Source: Chlorokybus atmophyticus (lineage: Eukaryota > Plantae > Mesostigma and Chlorokybus algae). From it: 64,000 nucleotides of DNA. Below, one piece after another: positions 37,528-50,100 of this stretch. The notes beneath the pieces were generated by a model that saw only the letters and a list, made by a program, of their open reading frames with translations, did not search any database and was not told the DNA's origin. The stretch lies in the NCBI GenBank assembly GCA_009103225.1, contig RHPI01003599.1, positions 62,001-126,000 of the forward strand. The letters are read 5' to 3'. Each line of letters opens with the position of its first letter. The first letter of the stretch is position 1. The position numbers and the translations under genes were made by a program.

Positions 37528-38935
37528 GCTCGCGCGCGCGCGCTCGCTCTGCGAGTTGAGAGCGAGTTGCACATAGCTTTTGTTTGTTTCTTTGAAGGGG
37601 AGGGGGGGATGTTGCGTAACTGATGTGAAGCGTTGTCTTAATAAACATCACTATAATTCATACGTGTAGTGCTGCCACATACAACACGAGTTTTATATAT
37701 AGCCTTTATCTGTAAAAATACCATTTTTACATGCTTCATGCATGATCAAACATAAAGTGTGTAATTGTACCTTTTCAATAAGCATGCCCTATTATATATG
37801 GAATATACCTGCCTGCTTGTAAAAATCACAAGTTTTGTAAGCAATGCACATAAGTGTTGCAAATTGTGCAATACTTTTAAGGTTCGTTTCATCAATAAGT
37901 TGTTACACGTAATTATTCTATTAATGCTAAAAAGTCGCGAACGATGCCGCAGTAACATGATGTTGGTTTGATCGTTGCACCAACATCAGACCCGGACAAC
38001 AATGTAAGTTGTGATGAGACATGTAGGCTTGAGTTAAAGGATGCACATCGCGGATGTGCATCCTTTTGCGCACATCAGTGATGTACACAAAAATGCATGT
38101 GCATGTTTAGAATCATGTAAAGAGTCTTCATGTAATTGTAAGCAAAACCGTACTAACAACTTATTCCTTTTTTTAATAGTTGAGCTCTATTATATAACAG
38201 CTGCAAGAATTTGTGTATGTTGCAGCAACATCAGACGAATTTGTCTCGAGCTGGTTCAATGATTATGAGTAGCAATGATGATATTAGCACAACAATGCAA
38301 GCACATGCACAAGTTATGCGATTGCTCAGCTACATAGTCGGTCGTTGACATATGGTTGATTGCGGTGTTAAATAAGAGATCCTAAGACCTACATTAACCG
38401 CAATACTTCACGTTGGAACAACTGGTTTCAACGTTCAAAGTCTGCGTGAGATGTTGCAACAATTCAAAGGCTCCCATTATAAAGCTTAAACTCAACATTA
38501 ATAACTTGTCATAAGCAATCCGAGTTAGCACAAGCCGCTGCATAAGCTTATTCATTGACTTATCTTGCTTGACTTTATGTAAGTCACTCTAGATAGTACA
38601 TTTTGCACACGAAGAAAAAATATGCATCCGTTTTCCACAACTTTGCCGCAACGGCATAATATCCAAATAAGCCCAAGGTTATGGCGCAGCATACTTCACA
38701 CAACGGAATAGCGATTGTATTTGCATCCAAAATTGTTCACACTATTATGTAAACATTTGTGTGGATTATATATCACATAACAAGTGCTTGACTTTTGCAC
38801 ATGATATGAGTAGATTGAGTTATGATGTGTTGCATGATGTTATGTTGTCTAAAGGTCATAATCACACTAATCAAGCGCGCCTTCATTGCCAATTAAAGGC
38901 ACATTTTGTTATTCATATGCACACGGATTTTATGA

Positions 38936-39148
38936 TTTGGTCCCCTGGTCCGCTGCCAGGACGCTACCTCCTGACGCGATTGAAATTGACCAGACCAGGT
39001 ATAGTGCGACCCAAAAAAACATGGGACCATTTACGTGAGATTTGGACCATGCATTGCCTGACTGTCAATGACAGCCGGACCATACATGGTCCACTGATTT
39101 CATTTCGCAGTGAAATTCCCGGTCCAGAGGTACGGACCATTCGTAGTG
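38936..39148 (-). mobile_element. Candidate CACTA-type terminus with GGACCAT subterminal repeats
   Basis: GTAGTG at 39143-39148 (reverse complement CACTAC); GGACCAT at 39024, 39044, 39077, 39134, inverted at 39086, plus extra GGTCC copies; adjacent AT-rich DNA. Confidence 0.4.
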
Positions 39149-39580
39149 CTTGAACATCATGCGGTGCGTTGGTATGATAACATCTTAGATTTATTTGATT
39201 ATGATGTAAACATTACTCATATTATGTTCCGTGTGCGTACCTGAGTTATAAGGTGTCTGCATATGTGTGCATACACTTGAAGCCCCTTAAGTACATACAA
39301 CTTGTCACTCATAGGTAGCTTTTAGCATACCTTTCATACCGTACTAAGTGTATACATATGCACTTAGTATGTGCAAGCTGCCGAGGGCGCAATCATTGCG
39401 TAAGAGAGTGCTTCCCTGTATAAAGAACATGTCAGAGGACGAGTACATGTATAGGCACGCACCAGCTTTCTTAATACATATGTAGTTATATCCACAACGT
39501 ACTACACATCATGTTCTTAGATTCATTCCTCACATGTGAGGATTGTGTACACACCAACCCAACATGCAAATGTCGCACTA

Positions 39581-42495
39581 CTAATCCGTCATCGTTATAC
39601 TCAAGAACGGGTGCTTCAGCGCCTGTGTGGCAGTCGGCCGCATAGACGGCTCATACGTCATGAGCCCAACAATCAGGTTCGCCAAGGCCGCCAAAGCCAA
39701 ATGCTGATTATCGTCCTCATGATGGTCCTGACTAAACTTATGCAGCATTGCTTGCAAGGAGTCCAGCTTCGACACCGCTTCGATGCTCTCGGAAGCAGCT
39801 TCGACGTCCGGCCAGAGTACATTGTATGTGCCGTCGTGGCCGTTGCGTTGGAATGTGGTGCGCCTGCAAGGTCACATGGTGAATCGTGGTATGTGCACGC
39901 GTGTGTTCACGCAGGTGTGAGCATATACGGGGCTAGGTGTGGGTGAGATTGGGTACACACATGCGCGTGCGCGCACACACATACGCACATATGCATGCAT
40001 GCTTGAGTGTGTCTCAAATTTGTAAATACACGTACACTTCAGGTGACGATAACAAGACCATGTGGGGTGGGAAGGGTCCCCGCACGCGCTCCATCATGGC
40101 GAGGTGCTCGGCAACTGTGTCACCGCGCATCATAAACATCACGTCTCCCTGCAGTGCAGACATCCATGTCAGTTGGTTGGCTGGCTGTGTGATGTTACAA
40201 TGCTGCTGCTGCTGTTGTTGTTGATGTCACATCATGCGAGCCAACTTTGCGCTACCGTTAGAAGCTCGTACAGCAGCACCCCTAAGCTCCACATATCGCA
40301 CGGATACGACCACCCCAATCCTGCACATGAATCACACACACCTCAACGCAACAACAACAACAACAATAACAACAACGCTACTTACCGAGCAGTACTTCGG
40401 GGGCGCGGTAGTGGCTTGTGGTCACGATGGGCTCGTGGTACTCGTTGTCGAACGTGGCACTGCCATAGTCGATCAGCTTCACGCGAGTCGAGTGCGGCAT
40501 CCAACGCCGGTCCTCAGAGCTATGACCCTGTGCGCACAATCATCACATGCTTTGCTCTCCCCTCCTTACATGCGTTCGCAAGATGTGCATAAAAGCAGAC
40601 AACATATTGCTCAAGCTTGCCTCCTCTTGAGCGGACGTCTTGAAGTAGCTGTAGTGGAGGGATGTGAGCACGATGTTCTCCGGCTTCAGGTCCGTGTGCA
40701 CCAAACCCAACGCATGCAAGGCTGGCACGCACACACGCATACACAAGCGGGTTTGCTGAAATCATATGACGCCAAGTTGATCGACGTGCTCACATGATGC
40801 TCTCTACTCCTTTACTACCTGCCACCGCGTGCAGAATTTGGCGTGCGTAGTCCTGCACGTAACCCAATGCAAAGCCCCTGTGACCGTTCACGCGAAGAAG
40901 CTCATCAAGGCTCAGCCCGAGCTTCTCAAATACCTGAAACAGTCGCATTGTGAGCTACAACACTCGCACTGCATTGCCGCCTGGCGTGCACAAGCAATTA
41001 TTGTGTCGTACCAGGCACACGCGGCCTTCGTGGAAGAACTTGTCCAGCAGCTCAACCGCCGCACTGCAAACATCAATACTGATTGAAGCCACATTAACGG
41101 ACAAAGCTGCATACAACTGCGTGTCTCATGTTGACATGTGCACGCCCATGTGCGTGCGTAAGCGTGCCAGTCCGCGTGCATGGCAATGTGTGCGTGCGAG
41201 CGTGCGTATGCATATGCACGCGCATGCTTGTGTAAATAATGCACACCTGTTGTTGTCTGGGTCGTAGGACCGCAGATACGCAAGGATGGCGAGCTCGTCG
41301 CGTGCGACGCTGCGGCTTTCTTTGCGGTGTGCGAAGATCTTGACGGCCACGAGCGCATGCGAGCGCCGATCCCAGCACTCCACCACCCTGCCATACGTCC
41401 CTGTGTGCATCCGCATGCATACAAGTATGTGCACAAGAAACAACTGCACTGTTGCTCACACACGCACGCATGCACGCGCACATGTACACACATGTGCACG
41501 TGCACACACGTGCACATGTGGACTCACCTGTCCCCATGATGCGCAGAAACAAGTCTGCAACACAAGCACCATGTCATACACCATGCCAGCCACCAACTAT
41601 ACCACCATGCATGCATGCAGTACTTACATCTCGGTGTGAGGTACTCGCCCGGCACAGCAACGCAGTGGCCCCTATCATCGTCCAGTCGGCACGCTGCTCG
41701 TGAGGCGGCCCATGTTGGAATGTCCTTGTTGAAGTCACGATCAGTAGCTGTTATTTGAGGCAGGCGCGGGCACACCCTGGCCCGCCCTTGCAACCGGTGG
41801 ACCACGCTGTCGTGCTCCACTCCACTCTCGTGCAACCCCTCACCTGATGAATGTTGTTGATAGTTGATGTGAGATGGTTGAAGAGCGCGAGTGTCGGCAT
41901 GCAAGCCGGGTGGGTATCGTGTGCACACACACACATGACTGCTGTGGGCTAAGGATGAAGGAGTTGAAGAGTCACACTTTGCAGCACACTTGCATTGTGA
42001 GGCTAGCTGAATGACAACGCTACGGCTGAAACGCTGGACAACAGCATCACTTGTGAAGGCAATGTGTGCTCAGCAAAAGAACAGACATCACACAGCCAAT
42101 TTTCATAATGGACTGAGTCCATGCCAAATGCAGCCTCCATGCCCACCCTTACCATTGCCACAATTGAGCTGCCTCTCCTCGTCCTTGTGGTCCACCACGA
42201 CATCAGCGTCATACACCACTGGTGAGAGTGAGCCGCTGCAACCATTTGTGCACTGAGCTCCATCTGCCTCTCCTACAGCGCTATACTCGCCCTCGCCCTC
42301 ACCTTGCCAGCTGTCCACTACACCACAGGCGGCGGCGGTCACGTGGGGAGGTACGCCTGCTGGGTTGGCGTGCAAGGTACCGGCGAGCAGGAGCGTAGGG
42401 CTGAGAAGGACGATAGCGAGGAAGAGACACAGGAGAGGCCGCGGCAGGAGGAGCAAGCGCTGGGCCTCCTGCCGCCGCCGCCGCCCCTGGGCCAT
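39581..42495 (-). CDS. LAMMER/CLK (AFC-like) dual-specificity kinase with an atypical hydrophobic N-terminus (11 exons)
   Basis: [20 protein letters not shown]|Y, MGT|[47 protein letters not shown]|[34 protein letters not shown]. Kinase exons are phase-consistent; attachment of exon 1 (42495-42153) is inferred. Confidence 0.9.
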
Positions 42496-43847
42496 TCCCG
42501 GCGCAAAGCATGTGCAGGACAAGTCAAACGCATGTGACAACAGAGACGGTGATCATCATGCACATTCGCAACACTAGTATGAAATGCCTAGAATTATCTG
42601 GAATATAATGCAGTACTTATGTTGTAACTCATATCACTTTTCATAACAATGTCAAATACAGCCTACCGGCTAAGAGATGCTACATGACTTGTATTACACA
42701 GCTTAGCTGTTGTCTTTTCTATAATAATCACATGTGTTTTGAGCAATTACATTCATATATGGTATGCACATGTATGTGTTGCATAATTCAACCAAAAATC
42801 TTCGTAATAACGGATGTCAGCGAACATGAGCAGACACTCTTGTGTTGTATTGTGTCAATATACAAGAAACAAGAACCCGTTGTGATGTGTTGCACGAAGT
42901 GCATCATATACCCATTGGGTTATAGTTGTTTCGTCATGCTACAAAATCTTCAAAGAACTCGCAAACATTTTTTTCAATTTTTCATTAATCATAAAATAGA
43001 ATGTCTCTTTAGGTACAAGTTACTGCATATGATAATTGTATAAGGCACTGCTGCATCCACTATCTATGATTTATGTTTTATGCTCATGCTTTGAAGCGAT
43101 ACTGCGACATAACACGACATTAATACAATTACATGCACACGGTTGGGTTCGCTCAGAAGTTCATTGCCATTTTGAAAACATTCCTTTGATGATGCTCACA
43201 GCTTGATACCCAAACAACCGTTGTGTGACATCATAAAAACGTGCCATGTACAAAACAGACAGACCAACCAAAAGAATCATTGTGTGATGTGTCATATACA
43301 CAGTTACTTGCACGTGGTGCACGTAATTGCGGATTATATGGATGCTTGCATGTCTACCCGGGTGGTGGTAGTGATAGCAGTGAAGATAGAGCAGGTCAGC
43401 CCGGTGGTGAATTACTTGATGACGGTGACTGCACGCACATAGCTTAGGTGCCCTTGCCGCTTAATTGTCTTCTTGTGCGTTGTTTCTGTGGCTCATGCTG
43501 TGCTACTGCGTGCTCAGTTGCTGCGTTTGTGTTCTTTGTGTGCTTTGCGTTTGCCGTACAAGGACAGCCTATGCATGTTGTGTGACAATCACTCCTCTTG
43601 CATGTTCGTTGCATGCGCCTTCATACACCACATTGTGTATACACCATTTGGCTTGTCATGTTGTTACAAGAGACGCCACGCGCGCGGCATGCCAGAATTT
43701 GTTAAGACTGCCATAGCTTACCATACGGCCCACCTACCACGAGCATGAAGGTCGCAAGTAATGGCAGTAGAAGGCTTCTTTCACACCCACTCATGCTGCC
43801 TCAAACGCATTCACACACTCGTTGGCACCTTGGACACTACTATACAC

Positions 43848-46636
43848 TCACTGCAGCATGGTTCCCTTTACTGCATACACGAGACCAGTCCCGCCCCGTT
43901 GCGTTATCAGCCGGTTCAACCGCAGCAGCAGGAGCAGAACCGCCTTGGCTTTGGAACCTGTTTTAAGTGATGGCAATGAGCGACAACAAGCAACACTGCA
44001 ACCAAAAGTGCACACATTCAGTCTGTGAACAGTTGAGTTTGGTTCACCTAAGCCCAGAGATTGCAGCTCCTCCACGGTGACCGTGTCGGCGTCTTTGGCC
44101 CTGTGGCTTCGACCCATGTCGTCAAGAGCAAAGCGCTTCTCCATGATGTAGTCGTTCAAGCGATCTATGGCATCATTCGCAGCCTGTGTGTAGACCAATC
44201 AACATGCTGCGTAATCCTCCCAAACCACACACACAAGACAGAAGTCAAAGCCAATCAAAAGCTCACCTCCAACGACACTTGCGTCCTCAAGAACACTGGC
44301 ACTCCCGCATACTCGCTCTCATCTAATCTATTCGCCAGAGGGCCCAAAGGCAACGCAGCCGTGTTGTCTGCAATGCAACACATGCAAAACATCATGTATT
44401 CCACGTCTCACTCGGCTGCTGTGTGTCAAGTCAGAACAGCATGCTTCGTACCCTGCAGTGTTGAAGCTGGCGTGTCATGCGCCCTGCTGCAGGGAGTGTC
44501 CCAAACCAGCATCCCGCGCACTTTGGCTGTGGCAATGTCTGTCGCCTGATTGCCGTTGCTGCAGCATGCATATGTATAGTCAGATGACCTGGCAGCCAGA
44601 GAGATGCACACACATACGCAAGCGCGCGCGCGCGCACGCGCAGGCAGACACATGTGCGCACGCCCATACGCACGCCCACACTTGCAAGCACACCCATGGG
44701 CGCAATAGCGCGTATGTGCATACCCCNNNNNNNNNNNNNNNNNNNNNNNNNNNNNNNNNNNNNNNNNNNNNNNNNNNNNNNNNNNNNNNNNNNNNNNNNN
44801 NNNNNNNNNNNNNNNNNNNNNNNNNNNNNNNNNNNNNNNNNNNNNNNNNNNNNNNNNNNNNNNNNNNNNNNNNNNNNNNNNNNNNNNNNNNNNNNNNNNN
44901 NNNNNNNNNNNNNNNNNNNNNNNNNNNNNNNNNNNNNNNNNNNNNNNNNNNNNNNNNNNNNNNNNNNNNNNNNNNNNNNNNNNNNNNNNNNNNNNNNNNN
45001 NNNNNNNNNNNNNNNNNNNNNNNNNNNNNNNNNNNNNNNNNNNNNNNNNNNNNNNNNNNNNNNNNNNNNNNNNNNNNNNNNCCCTCCCTATGCACGTGAA
45101 CACGCATACACACTGACGCGCTAAGACGTACTTGTTTTGGTTGCTTGCGGGCGGCGTGTTCTCATCCACCTCCGCCAGGCGAAACGCCACCGGCGGGGTG
45201 GCTTCAAGGGAGGACGCAAAGGAGGAGCCGCCCGTCGACACCGAGTTTCCAACGGACTCCGTCAACATCGACACGCCTCTCGAGCTCGGCGCCAAGCTGG
45301 ACAGAGTCTGAGAGGTCATACCCGAACCTGCACGCAAACACAACAACACATGTAAGCATGTCTAGGTTTATACCAAACTTGCTCGACTCAGAGTCACACC
45401 TTGTGGGTTGGTGCTGATTGCAGCCAGGCTGTATGTGGACAGCCCCAAGTCTTGCAAAGACATGCATATCGGCGACCTGAATAACCAACCAACAACAAAT
45501 GTCATCATCACAAGAACGGCCGTAGCCAACCAACCATACATACACAACTCCCTTCAACATACTTACACGGGGCTGGCGGGTAAGCTGTCATCATGCAATA
45601 TGCCCTCGCGTGCACTTGCCACTATCCTGGCGGACGTGCTCCCGGGCCGTTGATGGTATGATGGAGAAGATGGGCTGTTTGGTGCGTCATCATCGTCTTC
45701 TACTCTGCCTTCAACATTGGCGTGCGAGGAGGATGTGCGTGTCCGCGAGTCAAGTTTGCCCGCGAGTGATCCGGCAGGGGCCTCCCCTCTCCCCGCAGCA
45801 TCGCTGTTATGGCTGTCAAACTCAACTTCGTCTTTGTACTGGCCTGAGACCACGGGGTTGAAACATATGTTTAGCTCTGTCCAAGCGGTTCGTGTGCGTC
45901 CAAACCAAAAGCACACATGCGCACGCGCCCATGCAGCCATGCGCACGCTCACACCAACAAGTGTACTCAATACAACACAAGCACACACAAACACAATCAA
46001 ATGCACGCACGCACGAAAACAAACACGCAAGTACAAACCATACGCGCATGCGTTGTAACATATACACACACCCTCATTGTCACAAGCACTGACACGCATA
46101 TACAGACTCTGAAAGATTCGGTACTTTTTTCATAGCCGTATTGTTCCAGGTGAGTCTCCAGTGCCTCGATCCCCCTGCTGGTTGACTCGTGGAGCGCCCG
46201 GCAGTGCCCAAGCAACTCCTCCATCGAGACGGAACCAACTGTGGCCTGCTCCATGCGCCCAACCTATGCGCAGACACTGACTAAAAAACTCATGCTCACA
46301 CAAATAACATGCGCTAGGGTTTCAGCCTTCAACAACACTCACTCACCATGTCGCCCAGGCTGCCGACGCGCCCGGCCACGTCATTCATCCACACAGAGAA
46401 CTCGGACCCTAAAGACGTTCACGATGGCGTTGACGACTGCGGCCATGGCGGCGGCGGCCACGAGGGCGGCAGTGCGGGCGACAAGGGCAAGGACAAGGAC
46501 AAGGAGAAACAGCAGCATGAGCACCTGGCAGGCGTGGAGCCGGCGTGGCGAGGGACGCCTTCAGCCACCTGCAGCTGCTGTCCAGGTTGGAGCCGAACTC
46601 GCCCAGCTCCCCCAGGAACCGCCGGGCTTTCTTCAT
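43848..46636 (-). CDS. SKA3: Plant-type spindle and kinetochore-associated protein 3 (multi-exon, one gap)
   Basis: N-terminal TVGSVSMEELLGHC..LETHLEQYGY (cf. plant GTVSFEELLGHC); C-terminal ESEYAGVPVFLR..AIDRLN..EELQSLGLG..KAKAVLLLLLRLNRL..LVYAV. Confidence 0.8.
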
Positions 46637-47129
46637 GACGCCCCCGACGCCGCCGCCCACACCACCGCCCCGGCACTCTTCTTTCCATACAGTTCAATTC
46701 ATGCAATTTAAACACATGGCGGGAAAGCCTAAACCCAATCGAAAAGAGGTTCGGTAAGTGGAGTGGTTGGCGATCCGGATCATAGTCACGTGCTGAAGGC
46801 AGGCAGGCAGGAGAGAATAACAAGCGGCGGCGGCAGCGGCGGCGGTGGATGCCACGTGGCACGCCCTTGATGACGAGGACCACCGCAGCTGCATCATCAA
46901 GCATTGAGAAGATCGTGTCTTGTATGGATGACGTGTGGGGAGATTGGTCGGTGTGTTGAAACTGCTGCTGAGTGTGATCAGCTTTACACTCCTCATGACT
47001 GTTAGGCTGGGCTGTGGCCTGCAGACTCGTAGGAGATTGTTACGGATTATGTGCAAGAAGCTGTAGTCATACAGATTACTACATATGATTTGCTTTTTGA
47101 CTTACAACGCGTAGAAGTTTAGGTTAACA

Positions 47130-50100
47130 ATGGCGCAAGCGCGGCGACCCGCAGCGGGCCGCCCACAAGGCGCTGCTGCTGGCCTGGAGGCCAAAGTAGA
47201 GTAAGTGACAGTGCACGAGACTCCTATATGTGTTGTTTGTTTCACGTTGTTTTGTTGATCGCCTTCGTCTCAGAATGCTCTCACCCCGTGACATGCTTTT
47301 CTTGTTGGTGTTTCGCGTTGCAGATCATGAAATGAACCTCGTTCATTGTCGTCATCATTGTAGTTGCTGTCAGTATATATTGTGGGCTTTTGCGGTTGTT
47401 CTTACTGTAAGTTCTTGCTGATGTTGGTCCTGTTACCGCTGCTGTCGTGCTTGTTGTACTGTTGGTGGTTGGTGCTGCTGTTGGCGTGGTTGGTGGCGGA
47501 GCACTGTTGCTGTTGCTGCTGTTGATGGCGAGCCTTGCACACAAATTATCAAACTTGAGCGCACAGTTGCGTCCAATGCAGTGCTGCTTGTGGTGTCTCC
47601 TGACCTAAGTGCCCGCACTCGCTCTTACGCACATGTGCTGAAACCCTTTCAAGGACACGTGCACACAGGCGCACGCACGCACGCACATGCGCGCACATAC
47701 ACTTGGTTCTTACATCCACATCCACATCCACACCCACACCCACACCCACAGGTCCGCGTGGGGATACGCTGGCGGCCCCGTCCGTTGGCTCGACTCCGAC
47801 ACCTTCCTACACGGCGTGGGCAACGCCGTCCGTCTCGAAAGCGCCTCCACGGGCCGCGAGCGTCACATCTTCAACGACGACACAACCACCACCTCCTCCT
47901 CCAACATCAGCGCCGGCATCGGCACCCTCGACACACTACCACGCAGAAATGGTGGCTCATCCCTCCTCGCGTACGCAGACAAGAACCCGCTCGACCCCGT
48001 CGTACACATCATCGACACATCCACCTCCAACAACGACAACAGCAACAACGTGTTGGCCAAGCTTGATAACGTGGCTCAGCTCGATGTGGCTTGCATGTCT
48101 TTTGAGAAAACAGAAGGCAAACTCATTGCCACCTTGTCCAAGTCACCCGACTACAAGCTCATCATATGGGATTGGGCTTCGCACACTCGCGTGGCGGAGG
48201 TGTCTCTCGCACCCAACACAACAACGTCAACAACGACAGTGTGGGATACATCTGTCCCGGGTGAGGGCGCGGAGAGCGTGTCGTTTTGCCCGAGGGATAC
48301 GAGGAGGCTGTGCACGAGCGGGGGGACGGGAGGGGTGGTGTTGTGGACGCTGGATACGGTGGCGGGAAAGGTGGGTGTGAAAATGTTGGGTGTGGAGTGG
48401 GGATGAGGGAGGTAATGGTATGTTGTGTTGTGTTGTAGAGTGCTGCGCTTGTGCCGACCAGAGTGGATGTGGGGGCATATCGATCGTACAGCCACTGCTG
48501 GGGACCACTAGGAGGTGAGTTTTGCAAGCACAATCCACCAATGGACTGTGCGCGTGCGCGACTGCATGCGTACCAATCCGTTGCGCTGCTGTTTGGTGGG
48601 TCACTTCAGTAGGTCACTCACGCACGCTCTGGCTAACTTTCTTTGTGTCTTTTCAACAGTGTATGTGGGGTGTCTGGGGGGTGAGTTGCTCTTGGTGGAC
48701 GATGCCACATGCAAGGCCGTAACCACACAGCTGACCCACACCCCAACATCCGACCGCCACGAAAGGTATGTCCTCTCCCCCACCCCCCCACCNNNNNNNN
48801 NNNNNNNNNNNNNNNNNNNNNNNNNNNNNNNNNNNNNNNNNNNNNNNNNNNNNNNNNNNNNNNNNNNNNNNNNNNNNNNNNNNNNNNNNNNNNNNNNNNN
48901 NNNNNNNNNNNNNNNNNNNNNNNNNNNNNNNNNNNNNNNNNNNNNNNNNNNNNNNNNNNNNNNNNNNNNNNNNNNNNNNNNNNNNNNNNNNNNNNNNNNN
49001 NNNNNNNNNNNNNNNNNNNNNNNNNNNNNNNNNNNNNNNNNNNNNNNNNNNNNNNNNNNNNNNNNNNNNNNNNNNNNNNNNNNNNNNNNNNNNNNNNNNN
49101 NNNNNNNNNNNNNNNNNNNNNNNNNNNNNNNNNNNNNNNNNNNNNNNNNNNNNNNNNNNNNNNNNNNNNNNNNNNNNNNNNNNNNNNNNNNNNNNNNNNN
49201 NNNNNNNNNNNNNNNNNNNNNNNNNNNNNNNNNNNNNNNNNNNNNNNNNNNNNNNNNNNNNNNNNNNNNNNNNNNNNNNNNNNNNNNNNNNNNNNNNNNN
49301 NNNNNNNNNNNNNNNNNNNNNNNNNNNNNNNNNNNNNNNNNNNNNNNNNNNNNNNNNNNNNNNNNNNNNNNNNNNNNNNNNNNNNNNNNNNNNNNNNNNN
49401 NNNNNNNNNNNNNNNNNNNNNNNNNNNNNNNNNNNNNNNNNNNNNNNNNNNNNNNNNNNNNNNNNNNNNNNNNNNNNNNNNNNNNNNNNNNNNNNNNNNN
49501 NNNNNNNNNNNNNNNNNNNNNNNNNNNNNNNNNNNNNNNNNNNNNNNNNNNNNNNNNNNNNNNNNNNNNNNNNNNNNNNNNNNNNNNNNNNNNNNNNNNN
49601 NNNNNNNNNNNNNNNNNNNNGAGAGGGTGGGAAGGGTGGGTGGGGGTGGGGGTGGGGGTGGTGGGGGTGGGGTGGTGAGGTGTCTTGGGGTTTGTTCAGG
49701 GGGTGCTGCTGGCGCCGAGGGTGTTTGCGGAGATGAAGGCGGCGATACGGTGCATGGCACTGAGCGCAGAGTTCATCATACTCGCAGGCAAGTAGAGTGA
49801 AGTAGGTTGCTCACGCACGTACACGGGCGCGCGCCCACACCCTCTTGTACGCCTTCGCACACGCGCCCGCCGGGTGTTTGCATCGCATACGCGCATGCAA
49901 ACACCCGCCCACACGCACACATACGCTCCAAGGGATACACACACGCACACGCATGCACAGCCTGACACGCTCGCCCGCACCTATACTCAACCACAAACAA
50001 ACATGGTTGCACCCACGCACAGGTGATTCGCCCTTCGTGCGCGTGCTTCGCCCTCCCGCCCGTACCGCCGGCGAGGGCTTCCTCGACCCCGCCTGCGACC

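Noticed and set aside
27572-39148. A single ~11.6-kb CACTA element capturing the extensin gene
   Set aside because: The ends share only CACTAC (6 bp), their subterminal motifs differ (GCGGTA vs GGACCAT), and the flanks ctc/ctt are not an exact TSD.
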